DNA of 64,000 nt from Candidatus Spongiisociaceae bacterium (GTDB lineage: Bacteria; Actinomycetota; Acidimicrobiia; Spongiisociales; Spongiisociaceae). A program made the position numbers and the translations under genes. Shown here piece after piece: positions 8,377 to 18,120 of this stretch. The DNA is taken from positions 768,001-832,000 of the forward strand of contig CBDCOH010000002.1 of assembly GCA_965219685.1 (NCBI GenBank), written 5' to 3'. The notes under the pieces were generated by a model, which saw nothing but the letters and a program-made list of their open reading frames with translations, was not told the origin of the DNA and searched no databases. The first letter of the stretch is position 1. Every line of letters starts with the position of its first letter.

Positions 8377-10581
8377 GTGATCGACTTCGACGGGACGCAG
8401 GTCCCCATCGAGGATGGAGACACCGTTCTCACCGCTGTTCTCCGGGCCGGTCTGCGGCCGTGGCGCGGATGCCTCTGCGCCGAGGGTGACTGCCCCTACT
8501 GCCTGGTCACCCTGGAGGGAACCTCGTACGTGCGCGCCTGCCGGACACCGGCTTCGGACGGCGCGAAAGTCGAGTCGCATCCGAGCGACGGGTATCCGGC
8601 GCTCCGTCCATCCGACCATGCGGCCACCGGGGAGAGGGCTGTCGGGTTCGAAATGGTCCATTGCGACACCGTGGTGATCGGCCAGGGGCGTTCGGGGAGG
8701 GACGCGGCTGCCGAGGCGCTTGAACGAGGCCGCACCGTGGTCACCCTCGATACGTCGGTCGGCAGGGAGGCGGTCGGTGTCTACGCCGGTCCCGAGGTAG
8801 TAGCCCGAACCCCCGATGGCATGGTGAGGATCTTCTGCGAGGAGGTCGTAGTGGCGACCGGATCGGTGGAGGTGCAGCCGGTCTGCCCGGGGAACCAGTT
8901 GGCCAGCATCGTGACCAGGCGGGCAGCCGAACGGTTGGCGGCTGCCGGCGTGGATCTGGGAAGGGTGGTGTCGGTCGGTGTGCCACCGGATGGAGTCGAC
9001 CACGAGCCGGCCCGGGGCGAGTTGGTCCGCTTCGTCGGCGACGGGACCGTGCAGCGGGTGGTGACCCTTGACGAGGAGACCGGCGCCGAACGCACCTATC
9101 CCTGCGATACCGCCGTGATCGGTCTCGGATCCGGCCCGAGGGACACCCTCGCCCGGATGGCTCACGGTTTGCCGGGGGTGCGTACGGTGGGGAGCGCCGC
9201 CGGATCTCTCGACCAGCCGCCGGTGCCGCTAGCGGGCGTCATCTGTCCGTGTTCCGACGTCACCGTGGATGACCTGCGTTCGGTGTGGGATCGCGGGTTC
9301 CACGAGTTGGAGTTGATCAAGCGGTCCACGCTGGCAGGCACGGGCGCCTGCCAGGGGTCGGTCTGCATGCCGCACGTGCGCAGCTTCGTGGCCGCCGACG
9401 GGGGCGAGCTCCCACCGTCGTTCACCGCCCGCCCGGTGGTTACCCAGATCACACTGGGTGAGGCCGCCGCGGGCTGGTACCAACACACCGACCGGCGGAC
9501 CGCCCTCCACGACGAGCATCTCGCACAGGGAGCCGTGATGGAACGATCCGGGGGTTGGTGGAGACCCTGGACCTACGGCGATGCAGACCGCGAGTACTGG
9601 GCGGTTCGTTCGGGTGTGTCGATCTGTGACGTGAGCACCCTCGGGAAGATCCTGGTGTCGGGTCCGGACGCGGACGCATTCCTGGAGGGCATCTACCCGA
9701 CCACGATCACCCCGATCCGCGCCGGCCGGTCAAAGTACGTCCTGGTGCTCGACGAGCGCGGCTACGTGTTCGACGACGGGCTCGTCTGCCGTGAGAAGCC
9801 GGACCGGTTCCTGCTCACCACCACCTCCGCCGGCGCAGGCTACTTCGAGATGTGGCTGCGTGACTGGGCGGAGACCTGGGGTATGGACGTGCGGATCCTG
9901 GACCGGACCCTGTCCTGGGGGGCGATAAACGTGACCGGCCCCCGGTCGGGCGAGCTCCTCACCCGGCTGGGGGCCGCTGACCGGCTGCCGTCCTTCATGG
10001 GCCACACAGACATGGAGGTGGCGGGGGTGGCGTGCCGGGTTGTGAGAATGAGCTTCACCGGCGAGATCTCCTACGAACTGCACCACCAGGCGAGCCACTC
10101 GCGACGCCTATGGGGTGCTCTGATGGAGTTCGGCGCGGACCTGGGCGTGTGGCCGCACGGGATCGAGGTGCTCGAGGAGTTGCGGCTCGAGAAGGGCCAC
10201 ATTCTGGTGGGGCTGGACAGCCTGTCCGACTCCACGCCCCGCCGGCTGGGCCACGGGTGGGCGGTCCGGATGGACAAGGGGGACTTCGTGGGGCGCCCCG
10301 CGGTGTCCCGGACCTCCGGAATGGATCTGGACAGGTTGCTCGTGGGCTTGGAGATGGAGGGGGATCCGCCGCCTCAGGGCGCCATCCTGCGTGTGCAGGG
10401 TGACTACGCGGGATTCGTGACTTCCAGCACCTGGTCGCGGGTGTTGGGCCGCTCAGTGATGCTGGCCTGGTTGTACGCGCGGGACGGCGGGTTTGCGGAC
10501 GACATCCTGATCGAAGGGCGTCCGGCCCGGAGGGTGGCCGTGCCCTTCTACGATCCGGAGGGGCAGCGTGTCCGGGCCTGA
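8377..10581 (+). CDS. Sarcosine oxidase alpha-like subunit (2Fe-2S + BFD-like + GcvT folate-binding domains)
   Basis: N-terminal CLCAEGDCPYC; CPCSDV...GTGACQG; GcvT motifs DVSTLGKI, FDDG, SFTGEISYELH, LRLEKGH. Confidence 0.82.
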   Translation: MIDFDGTQVPIEDGDTVLTAVLRAGLRPWRGCLCAEGDCPYCLVTLEGTSYVRACRTPASDGAKVESHPSDGYPALRPSDHAATGERAVGFEMVHCDTVVIGQGRSGRDAAAEALERGRTVVTLDTSVGREAVGVYAGPEVVARTPDGMVRIFCEEVVVATGSVEVQPVCPGNQLASIVTRRAAERLAAAGVDLGRVVSVGVPPDGVDHEPARGELVRFVGDGTVQRVVTLDEETGAERTYPCDTAVIGLGSGPRDTLARMAHGLPGVRTVGSAAGSLDQPPVPLAGVICPCSDVTVDDLRSVWDRGFHELELIKRSTLAGTGACQGSVCMPHVRSFVAADGGELPPSFTARPVVTQITLGEAAAGWYQHTDRRTALHDEHLAQGAVMERSGGWWRPWTYGDADREYWAVRSGVSICDVSTLGKILVSGPDADAFLEGIYPTTITPIRAGRSKYVLVLDERGYVFDDGLVCREKPDRFLLTTTSAGAGYFEMWLRDWAETWGMDVRILDRTLSWGAINVTGPRSGELLTRLGAADRLPSFMGHTDMEVAGVACRVVRMSFTGEISYELHHQASHSRRLWGALMEFGADLGVWPHGIEVLEELRLEKGHILVGLDSLSDSTPRRLGHGWAVRMDKGDFVGRPAVSRTSGMDLDRLLVGLEMEGDPPPQGAILRVQGDYAGFVTSSTWSRVLGRSVMLAWLYARDGGFADDILIEGRPARRVAVPFYDPEGQRVRA

Positions 10582-10975
10582 ACGCTTCGAGCGGATCGGG
10601 GCCACCAGGATCGTGGCCGACCCTGCGGCACTCGACGAGATCGAGGCGCCGGACGGCGGGCACCTGTTCCGACTTGCGCCTGACGATCTGCTGGTGCTAC
10701 CGCCCCTGGCGGCTCCCGATGTGGCCGACCGGCACGCCATATTCGAACCCGAGGCAGGCTTCTCGGCGGCACGGTTCGACCGCTCCGAGCTGGCCCGGCT
10801 CCAAGCCGTGTCGGCATGGGAGTTCCCCCGGCGCCGTCCGGCTTTCGCCCAGGGCCATGTCGCCGGCATACCGGTCAAGGTGATGTTCGATGACGGCGCG
10901 GCGCTGGTACTGGTTCCGACGGTGCTGGTGCACCACTTGGCGGAGCGCCTCGGTCTTGAGGACCCGCAGCTGTGA
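10568..10975 (+). CDS. Probable sarcosine oxidase gamma-like subunit
   Basis: Overlaps both neighbours; RLAPDDLLV and FAQGHVAGIPV segments; operon context. Confidence 0.6.
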   Translation: MSGPERFERIGATRIVADPAALDEIEAPDGGHLFRLAPDDLLVLPPLAAPDVADRHAIFEPEAGFSAARFDRSELARLQAVSAWEFPRRRPAFAQGHVAGIPVKVMFDDGAALVLVPTVLVHHLAERLGLEDPQL

Positions 10976-12186
10976 ACGAGTTCATCGAAGCCCAGGTGGC
11001 CTTCGGTTGGAAGGACCTGCGATCGTCCTACGACGTGGTGATCGTGGGAGGCGGCGGGCACGGTCTGTCGACCGCCTACCACCTGGCCACCCGCCATGGG
11101 ATTACCAACGTGGCGGTGCTGGAACGCGGTTACATCGGGTCGGGCAACTCGGGTCGCAACACCACCGTGATCAGGGCCAACTACGGCATCCCCGAGGCGG
11201 TCCGCTTCTACCAGCGGAGCGTCGACCTCTACTCCAGGTTGGAGGAGGAGACCGGGCGCTGGATCATGCACGACCGCAAGGGCCTCCTGTGGCTGGTCCA
11301 CGGGATTCCCGGCACGCGCAACGAACGGGCCCGGGCCATCGTCAACCAGGCCTTCGGAGCCGACACCGTGTACGTGACGCCGGAGGAGGTGGGCGAGATC
11401 TGCCCGGAGGTGGACCTGAACGCGGGCGGAGGCGACTACCGGGTGACGGGAGGCTCCTACAGCCCCCACGCAGCGACGGCACGTCACGACCGGGTGGTGT
11501 GGGCCCTGGCAGAGGGCGCTATGAAGCGGGGTGTGCACGTCCATCAGCGCACCGCGGTAACCGGGTTGCTCAAATCCGGAGAGCGGGTAACGGGGGTGCT
11601 CACCGATCGAGGACCGGTGGCGGCCGGCGTCGTTGTGAGCGCCGTGGGAGGCCATGTGTCGACCCTGGCTGCGATGGCCGGGGTGAGGCTCCCGATCCGC
11701 ACCCATCCTCTCCAGGCCTTCGTCACCAACCACTACGCCCGTTCCTTCCGTCCCATCGTGGCCTCGGCGGACATGGGTTTCTACGTCAGCCAGACGCCGA
11801 GAGGGGAGATGCTCCTGGGTTCGGGCATCGACAGCCAGCCCAGCTACTCGTACCGTTCCAGCTACGAGTTCCTCTCGTACTGCTCACTCCCCGCGGTCAC
11901 CCTGCTCCCGTTCCTCCGGGACCTGACGATCCTGCGCCAGTGGGCCGGAGTCTGCGACATGTCGGTCGACATGTCCCCGATCATGGGATACACGGGAGTG
12001 GACGGGTTCCTGGTCACCACCGGATGGGGCACCTGGGGGTTCAAAGGAATCCCCGCCGGCGGCGAGCAGATGGCGGAACTGATAGCCACCAACCGCACGC
12101 CCGAGTTGATCGCCCCGTTCTCCCTGAACCGCTTCAAGAAGGACCGCCTGATGTTCGACCCCGGTTCGACCGGAACCACCCACTGA
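10972..12186 (+). CDS. soxB: Sarcosine oxidase beta subunit-like FAD oxidoreductase
   Basis: YDVVIVGGGGHGLSTAYHLA, GNSGRNTTVIRANY, ARHDRVVW, THPLQAFVT, GWGTWGFK. Confidence 0.88.
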   Translation: MNEFIEAQVAFGWKDLRSSYDVVIVGGGGHGLSTAYHLATRHGITNVAVLERGYIGSGNSGRNTTVIRANYGIPEAVRFYQRSVDLYSRLEEETGRWIMHDRKGLLWLVHGIPGTRNERARAIVNQAFGADTVYVTPEEVGEICPEVDLNAGGGDYRVTGGSYSPHAATARHDRVVWALAEGAMKRGVHVHQRTAVTGLLKSGERVTGVLTDRGPVAAGVVVSAVGGHVSTLAAMAGVRLPIRTHPLQAFVTNHYARSFRPIVASADMGFYVSQTPRGEMLLGSGIDSQPSYSYRSSYEFLSYCSLPAVTLLPFLRDLTILRQWAGVCDMSVDMSPIMGYTGVDGFLVTTGWGTWGFKGIPAGGEQMAELIATNRTPELIAPFSLNRFKKDRLMFDPGSTGTTH

Positions 12187-12413
12187 TGGTCCTCCGTCTT
12201 GACTGCCCCCACTGTGGCCCCCGCCCGGTCGACGAGTGGGTCTACGGCGAGGTTCCCGACCCTCCCGACGATCTGACCGGAGCCGACGAACGTGACGTGG
12301 ACAGGGGCTTCATGATGGGCAACACGGAGGGCCTCAAACACGAGCGCTGGTTCCACGCGGGAGGGTGCCGCCGCTGGCAGACCATCACGCGGGACACCAC
12401 CCTCGACTATTGA
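12186..12413 (+). CDS. soxD: Sarcosine oxidase delta subunit-like zinc protein
   Basis: ATG overlaps the soxB stop (TGATG); CPHCGPR...E.WFHAGGCRRW...RDT. Confidence 0.88.
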   Translation: MVLRLDCPHCGPRPVDEWVYGEVPDPPDDLTGADERDVDRGFMMGNTEGLKHERWFHAGGCRRWQTITRDTTLDY

Positions 12414-12552
12414 ATACCGAAGCCAGTCGATAGCCCACCTGATAGAACCAATCCTTAAGTGTTACAAATAGTTGTACTGACCATCAGAGTAGTGGTAGGC
12501 ATTGCTGGGGGATCATGCCTCTGCAGGTACGTATTACGGCTAGTTTGAAGGT

Positions 12553-12804
12553 ATGACAATGCTGAGTTTCAGAATGGCCGCAGAGGAGGTAGCTGAGGTC
12601 GGCAGGTGGGCCGAAAGGCTAGGGGTCGGGAGGTCGGAGTTGATACGCGAGTCATTGCGCCGGCACCTCAGGTGGTTGGGGTCGACGGACGACTCCGAGC
12701 GGTGGGACGCTGAGCCGCTGAGAGAGGAGGAGTCGGCACTCGCAGCGATCGCAGACTGGGGAGTTGCCGAGGACTGGTCGGATTGGAGCGATGCGGCGCG
12801 GTGA
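12553..12804 (+). CDS. Ribbon-helix-helix antitoxin (MazE-like)
   Basis: MTMLSFRM...GVGRSELIRESLRRHL, acidic C-terminus EDWSDW; overlaps the toxin start. Confidence 0.8.
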   Translation: MTMLSFRMAAEEVAEVGRWAERLGVGRSELIRESLRRHLRWLGSTDDSERWDAEPLREEESALAAIADWGVAEDWSDWSDAAR

Positions 12805-13099
12805 GATCTGGTTCGCCGCTACGCCCGGAGGAGGCCGCCCGGTTCTTGTCCTAGCTCGTGATCCGGTTGCCGGTCGGATCGGGTCCGTTGTGGTGGCAAC
12901 GTTGACCAGATCCCGCCGCGGACTCGTGTCCGAAATGTTCCTGACCGCCGAGCGGGACGGTGTGCCCACGGACTGTGTCGTGAACTTCGACAACATTCAT
13001 ACGATCCCGCGATCCTCCTTCCGTCGTTTGATCGTGAGGTTGCGGCCGGAACGCATCGTTGAAGCCTGCAGAGTTCTCCGCGACTCCGCGGGGTGCTGA
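12791..13099 (+). CDS. mazF: PemK/MazF family endoribonuclease toxin
   Basis: MRRGEIWFAATPGGGRPVLVLARD...CVVNFDNIHTIPR, resembling mycobacterial MazF toxins. Confidence 0.88.
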   Translation: MRRGEIWFAATPGGGRPVLVLARDPVAGRIGSVVVATLTRSRRGLVSEMFLTAERDGVPTDCVVNFDNIHTIPRSSFRRLIVRLRPERIVEACRVLRDSAGC

Positions 13100-13190
13100 T
13101 CGGGTACTGATGTAGGGCACCCTTAGACCATGCATCATCCGGTAGCCAACGGCTCTCGAACACGGGTCGAAAGCCCGGCCCTGATCTCTC

Positions 13191-14123
13191 CTACGAATGA
13201 CCGCCCACTGCCCACTGGCTGCTTCCCACTGACAGACACACCCCGTCCAGGATGTCGTGACCGGTCACGGTTATCCGCGACAGACCGAGCAACCGCAGCG
13301 CTGTCTCTGCTACGACCGCCCCACCGAGGATGATCGGCGCTCTTTTCGGGTTGAGGGAGGGAATGGCCTCCTTCTCCGCCAGGCTGAGTGAGCCCAGCCA
13401 TTCGACGATCCGCTCCGCCTCCTCGAGGCCGAGGGTGGTTCCCTCCACCTCGTGGGAGTCGTAGCTGTCCAGTCCCAGGTGCATCGCAGCGAGACTGGTC
13501 CACGTGCCCGCTGCTCCCATCGCCCCTGAGCGCCGCGGCAGATCGGAGGCGGTCATCACGCGGGTTGCTTCCCGGCGAGCCGCGGCGAGGTCGTGGACGG
13601 TGGCCGGGTGGTTGGGAAGGCAACGCTCGGTGAGCCGGATGGAACCGATGTCGGTGGAAACACCGCCCTCGTCGGTGACGATCTCGGTGCTTCCACCACC
13701 GATATCGACCACCACCGTGGCGCCGGGGTCGGGCATCCCTCCGGTGGCGCCCGCGAACACGAGGTCCGCTTCCTCCTCGCCGCTGATTATGTCCGGCCGG
13801 AATCCCAGCGCCTGAGTGGCGGCCTCGACGAACTCGTCCCGGTTGGAGGCGTCGCGAGTCGCGGAGGTCGCCACGGCTCTGGCCGCATGCACTCCAGCCT
13901 GCCGGATGCGCCGACCGTAGGACTGAAGCACCAGGGCGGTGCGCTCGATTCCGTCCGGCGCCAGCCGTCCCGATCGGTCGACCCCCCGGCCGAGCCCGGT
14001 CACTGTCTCGATGCGCTCCATATCCACGAGGCCGGATTCCGTACGGTCGGCTATCAGCAGCCGGGTGGAGTTGGTTCCCATATCCACCGCGGCAACCCGC
14101 CACGTGCCCCCGCCAGGGGTCAA
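13191..14123 (-). CDS. ppx: Ppx/GppA family exopolyphosphatase
   Basis: VAAVDMGTNSTRLLIA, ATSATRDASN, ISGEEEA, VVDIGGGSTE, GSIRLTER. The TTG start at 14123 overlaps the upstream stop (TTGA). Confidence 0.88.
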   Translation of the reverse strand: MTPGGGTWRVAAVDMGTNSTRLLIADRTESGLVDMERIETVTGLGRGVDRSGRLAPDGIERTALVLQSYGRRIRQAGVHAARAVATSATRDASNRDEFVEAATQALGFRPDIISGEEEADLVFAGATGGMPDPGATVVVDIGGGSTEIVTDEGGVSTDIGSIRLTERCLPNHPATVHDLAAARREATRVMTASDLPRRSGAMGAAGTWTSLAAMHLGLDSYDSHEVEGTTLGLEEAERIVEWLGSLSLAEKEAIPSLNPKRAPIILGGAVVAETALRLLGLSRITVTGHDILDGVCLSVGSSQWAVGGHS

Positions 14124-15127
14124 GGGTTGAATGGTGGAGCCGGCGGCCCCTTGCGGACGCATGCGGCCCACACCGTTTCGTAGTGGTCCACGTCGTAGGA
14201 GTCGATGTGCGGCAGCACCATGGCCTCCCAAGCACACCGAAGCGGGTCCGCACGGTTGCCGAACATCATGAGGCCCGCAGGAATCCGATCCAGAACTGTG
14301 CGTAGGCTGATCGGCGTCTCGACCCGGGCGCCGGGGTCGGTGGAGAGGAACGACGTGTTGACCTCAGTCGCCAGGCGGCTGATATGTTCGACGTAGGGTC
14401 CTCTCATCGAGGGGTAGCGCCGCAGCAGCATGGCCTCGATCTCCTCTCGGTCGGGGAAGTCCTTCTCCCAGATGACCCAGCGGTCGGCGAACGCCTTGTT
14501 GAGCGTCTGGGTACCGGCGTAGTCGCGCAGGTCGGTCGGGTTCATCGTCCCGAACAGCCGGACGTCGTCCCTCAGGTGCACCGACTCGCCGGTGGGAAGG
14601 TCGAGGGCCGAGTAACGGTCCAGCAGACCGTGCAAGGCGAACAGGGTCTCGGCGCCCGCCGCGTTCAGTTCGGACAGGTTGAGCAGCGCCGGTCCCCTGA
14701 GGGCTCTGGTGATGTCCCCGTCCTCCCAGCGGCTCTCAGTACCCCCCATGCCGTCTCCGTGCAGTTTCACCGAGCCGATGAGGGTGATGTCCCTCACCTC
14801 CCCGGTGAGTGGCACCCGGTAGTAGGGAAGGCGGAGCAGGGCTGCGAACTGTTCGATGTCATGGTCCTTTCCGGTACCCATGTGTCCCCTGACGGCAAGG
14901 TGGAGCGGGACGGTTCCCTCGGGTTTCTCCCTGCGGATGGTCTCCACCTGGGCGAAGCGGTAGAGCATGCCGACATCGACGTAGTGGGGGTCGGGCTCGG
15001 GTATCTTGGCCACGCGCTGGTGGTAGTCCCTGATGCCCTCGCTGGGTACCACCACCGTGTCCAGGGTGATCGGGTCGCCCCCTCCGGTGGGATCCGTGAA
15101 GGTGACAGTCTCTATTGGTTCAGGCAC
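14120..15127 (-). CDS. MoxR/CbbQ/CobS-like AAA+ ATPase
   Basis: GHMGTGKD (Walker A-like), LLNLSELN (Walker B-like), GTMNP...YAGTQTLNKAFADRW, ISLR. Confidence 0.8.
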   Translation of the reverse strand: MPEPIETVTFTDPTGGGDPITLDTVVVPSEGIRDYHQRVAKIPEPDPHYVDVGMLYRFAQVETIRREKPEGTVPLHLAVRGHMGTGKDHDIEQFAALLRLPYYRVPLTGEVRDITLIGSVKLHGDGMGGTESRWEDGDITRALRGPALLNLSELNAAGAETLFALHGLLDRYSALDLPTGESVHLRDDVRLFGTMNPTDLRDYAGTQTLNKAFADRWVIWEKDFPDREEIEAMLLRRYPSMRGPYVEHISRLATEVNTSFLSTDPGARVETPISLRTVLDRIPAGLMMFGNRADPLRCAWEAMVLPHIDSYDVDHYETVWAACVRKGPPAPPFNP

Positions 15128-17237
15128 TTCTTCGCTCCTGTGGGGTCATGGCAGGGCTCCGGTGATCGGCCTGCCGTCCTGCCCTGATCCACCATGTGTC
15201 CTCGCCGTACATGGCCAATCCCCGCCGCAGCGCCATGCTGACGCCTAACACCATCGAGTTGGCCAACTCGTCCGGTCTCGAGATCACCTGGTGGTGCCGG
15301 TAGGCGGAGACGACCGTGTCGTCGCCCACGCCGATTCCCAGGACGGTGGTGCCCCGTCCGTCTATCTCCTCCACCGATCGGGCCAGCGCCTTGACCGATC
15401 CCCGTGTCATCCCGTCGGCGAGTACCACCAACACCCTGACCTGGGCGCCGTGATTGGCAAGGCGCTCTGCGGCGTAGGTGATGTTGAACTCGTCGACGTT
15501 GGCGGCCTTCTCGAACAGCGAGACGGGCGGTGCCTCCCGAGGCGCCCGGCGGGCCTCCAAGCCGGCTTCCCCGGTCCGCGCCGCGGTCCAGAAGAGACCG
15601 GCGAGGACGTCGTCGGATCTCCGCCACGGCTCGGTGAAACCCGACAGGACGTAGTGGTTCACGGTGGACGTGAGGCGGTCGGCGGCCGCTCCATGGGTTC
15701 GGCGGAGTTGGCTGATAGCCGCGGTGCGGCGCCTGGAGTAGGTCCATTCGGTGTCGTCGACCTTGGCCGCGAAGGCCCGGTTGAAGATGGCCACCTCGAA
15801 ATCCACCTGCAGTTCATTGCACATGGCGGCGAGCGTCCACGCTCCCAGCATGGCGGCGGCCAGGCCCCAGGGTCGGCGGTCACGGGGAGCGGCCAGGCGG
15901 CGCGGTTGCAGCATGGAAGCCGATCCGTCCACGAGGACGCTCACCGCGTAGGAGCGCCGAGTGGAGATCGAGCGCCGTTCGAACATCCTCTGGTAGAGGC
16001 CCCCTCCGAGCAGCAATGCGGCATGGGGGGACAGGTCGCCCGCATCGTATCCGGAACGCAGCCCTCGTCGCTGGTTGGCCACGAACAGTGGGTGTAGTTC
16101 GCCGGCTATGTTGCGCTGGTGCACGTTCCACTCGCGCGCTGCGTCCATCAGGGCGCTCCGGCCCTGGCGGGCGAAACGCCGGAATGGTTCGGGCACGCGG
16201 CCCACGGTGAGCTTGCCGCTCTGGCCGGTGGGTAGATAGATCACGGGTGCCTGGCTGACCCTGAGGAGTTGGTCGGTTCCCTCCTCGGACGCCTGGTCCA
16301 ACTCGGCCGGGCGGCCGGTCGGGTCCATCTGATGCCGGTCGGGGCTGCGGGTGTCCCGGTAGTGCTCCGCATCCTGGACGATCGGCGAGTAGAGCCGAAC
16401 CCGGTCGAGTCCTTCGGTGATCGCATCCTTCTCTGCTTCCCTTAGGTCGCGCGGGCTCGGCTGCTCCTCTTCCGAGGCGCCGGAGACCAGTCCGTGCATC
16501 CTGGCTACGGCCAGCAAGCGCATCGCCAGCCCGGCTACTTCCCAGGGGTCGTCGGCGTCCCCTGCCTCCTCCAGGATTCCTAGGGCATCGCGCCAGGCCG
16601 TACCGGAGCGAGCGTCCAGCCCCCGTTCTAGGGCCGCGGGCTCCGCATAGTCGCCCACCGTCAGGAAGCACGCGATGGCGAACCGGGCGAGCGGACCGCT
16701 CCGGCGCAAGGCGTGGGCCATGGAGGTCCGGTACAGGTCTGCGAGCACCGAACGCGCTCCCGGGTAGGCCGCGAGTCCCCTCCGCTCCTGGCGAGAGTCC
16801 TCGATCGCGAAGAACAGGGCCTCGGCAGGTGGTCCGCCCGCGCCGACGAGCGCCTCCAGAAGGGTGGTCTTCTCATCGCCGGCCGGATCGTCGCTCTCCG
16901 GTTGCCACTCAGCGGGGACGGCACGTGCCTCGTCGAAGTCGGAGGACACCAGATGCACCACCTCGTGGAGTGCGGACGCGAGGGCGGTCTCTTCCGGTGT
17001 CACCGGGGCCCGCCGCCCGTAGGCCGCCTGGAACAGGCCGGGGTCGATAACCACTTCCGACTCGGACGAACGGCTCGAAGCGCCCAGCACCACCCGCAAA
17101 TCCTCCCGGCCGGTCAGGGTCCTCGCAACCCTCGTAACCGCGCCGGCCACCCGCTGGTACCGGCCCACCACCGCCTCGATAGCGCGTTCCTCCGGGGGAA
17201 GGATCTCGGTGAGGAACGACTTTTGCCTTGATGCCAC
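15120..17237 (-). CDS. CobT-like vWA-domain protein with N-terminal HExxH
   Basis: ALHEVVHL, AIEDSRQE, RSGYDAGDL, MIDAS VLVDGSASM...VLADG, VLGIGVG. Confidence 0.78.
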   Translation of the reverse strand: MASRQKSFLTEILPPEERAIEAVVGRYQRVAGAVTRVARTLTGREDLRVVLGASSRSSESEVVIDPGLFQAAYGRRAPVTPEETALASALHEVVHLVSSDFDEARAVPAEWQPESDDPAGDEKTTLLEALVGAGGPPAEALFFAIEDSRQERRGLAAYPGARSVLADLYRTSMAHALRRSGPLARFAIACFLTVGDYAEPAALERGLDARSGTAWRDALGILEEAGDADDPWEVAGLAMRLLAVARMHGLVSGASEEEQPSPRDLREAEKDAITEGLDRVRLYSPIVQDAEHYRDTRSPDRHQMDPTGRPAELDQASEEGTDQLLRVSQAPVIYLPTGQSGKLTVGRVPEPFRRFARQGRSALMDAAREWNVHQRNIAGELHPLFVANQRRGLRSGYDAGDLSPHAALLLGGGLYQRMFERRSISTRRSYAVSVLVDGSASMLQPRRLAAPRDRRPWGLAAAMLGAWTLAAMCNELQVDFEVAIFNRAFAAKVDDTEWTYSRRRTAAISQLRRTHGAAADRLTSTVNHYVLSGFTEPWRRSDDVLAGLFWTAARTGEAGLEARRAPREAPPVSLFEKAANVDEFNITYAAERLANHGAQVRVLVVLADGMTRGSVKALARSVEEIDGRGTTVLGIGVGDDTVVSAYRHHQVISRPDELANSMVLGVSMALRRGLAMYGEDTWWIRAGRQADHRSPAMTPQERRSA

Positions 17238-17295
17238 AAAGCTCTATTTTTGCATACGGCGACAGCCGGCGTTCACCCGGCGTGGACGGCCGGTC

Positions 17296-18120
17296 TCAGG
17301 CGACCACGATCGCCAGCAATGCCGCCAGTCCCAACCCGTAGACCACCAGGGCTCGCAGCAGCGGGGTTCTGGGCGTGGGCGGGATCCTCTGCCACAGCGC
17401 CGCCACGACCATTCCCATCACCAAGCCACCGACGTGCGCTTCCCAGGCGATGCCGGTTGCGAAGAGCGGCAGTGCGAGGTTGATGGCCAGCAGAAGGACG
17501 AGTTGGCGGAACTGGGCCGCCCCGTGAACCGTGCCTCGCAGAGGGAAGGTTCCAACGAGAACCGCCCCGAAGAGGCCGAATATCGCGCCCGAGGCGCCTA
17601 CCGCCCCACCGGCCGACAGGTACTGGAAGGCGACCCCCCCGGCGATCGCCGACGAAAGGTACAGACCCACGAAGGAGATGGCGCCCAGTTGGCGTTCGAG
17701 CCGGGGGCCGAACAGGTACAGGGCGTACATATTGAACAGGATGTGGAGCAGCGAACTGCGCGAGTGGAGGAACGCCGCCGTGATGACCCTCCACCACTCG
17801 CCGCGGCCGACCAGATCGGTGAGGTGGGCGTAGTCCAGCGTGAACTGTGGGTTCTGGCGCTGCAGCAGGTAGAACACCGCCGACACCACGATGATGGTCA
17901 GGACTGCGGGGGTGAATCCGGTGGACAGACCCCGGGCGGTGACCACCCGGGTGGCGGACCGGCCCGCTATGCACTGCGGGCACCTCTGCCCGACAGGGGA
18001 GTCATGCGAGCAGAACCCACAGATCGGCGTCTCGCATCGCGAGCACCGCAGCGCTGTGGCCCGTTCGGGGTGGCGGTAGCAGTGGACCGTATCCGGTGTC
18101 TGCGAGTCTCCGCTGTCCAT
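17296..18120 (-). CDS. Rhomboid intramembrane serine protease with N-terminal zinc finger
   Basis: CYRHP...CSRCETPICGFC, WWRVITAAFLH, HILFNMYAL, GASGAIFG, AHVGG. Confidence 0.92.
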   Translation of the reverse strand: MDSGDSQTPDTVHCYRHPERATALRCSRCETPICGFCSHDSPVGQRCPQCIAGRSATRVVTARGLSTGFTPAVLTIIVVSAVFYLLQRQNPQFTLDYAHLTDLVGRGEWWRVITAAFLHSRSSLLHILFNMYALYLFGPRLERQLGAISFVGLYLSSAIAGGVAFQYLSAGGAVGASGAIFGLFGAVLVGTFPLRGTVHGAAQFRQLVLLLAINLALPLFATGIAWEAHVGGLVMGMVVAALWQRIPPTPRTPLLRALVVYGLGLAALLAIVVA

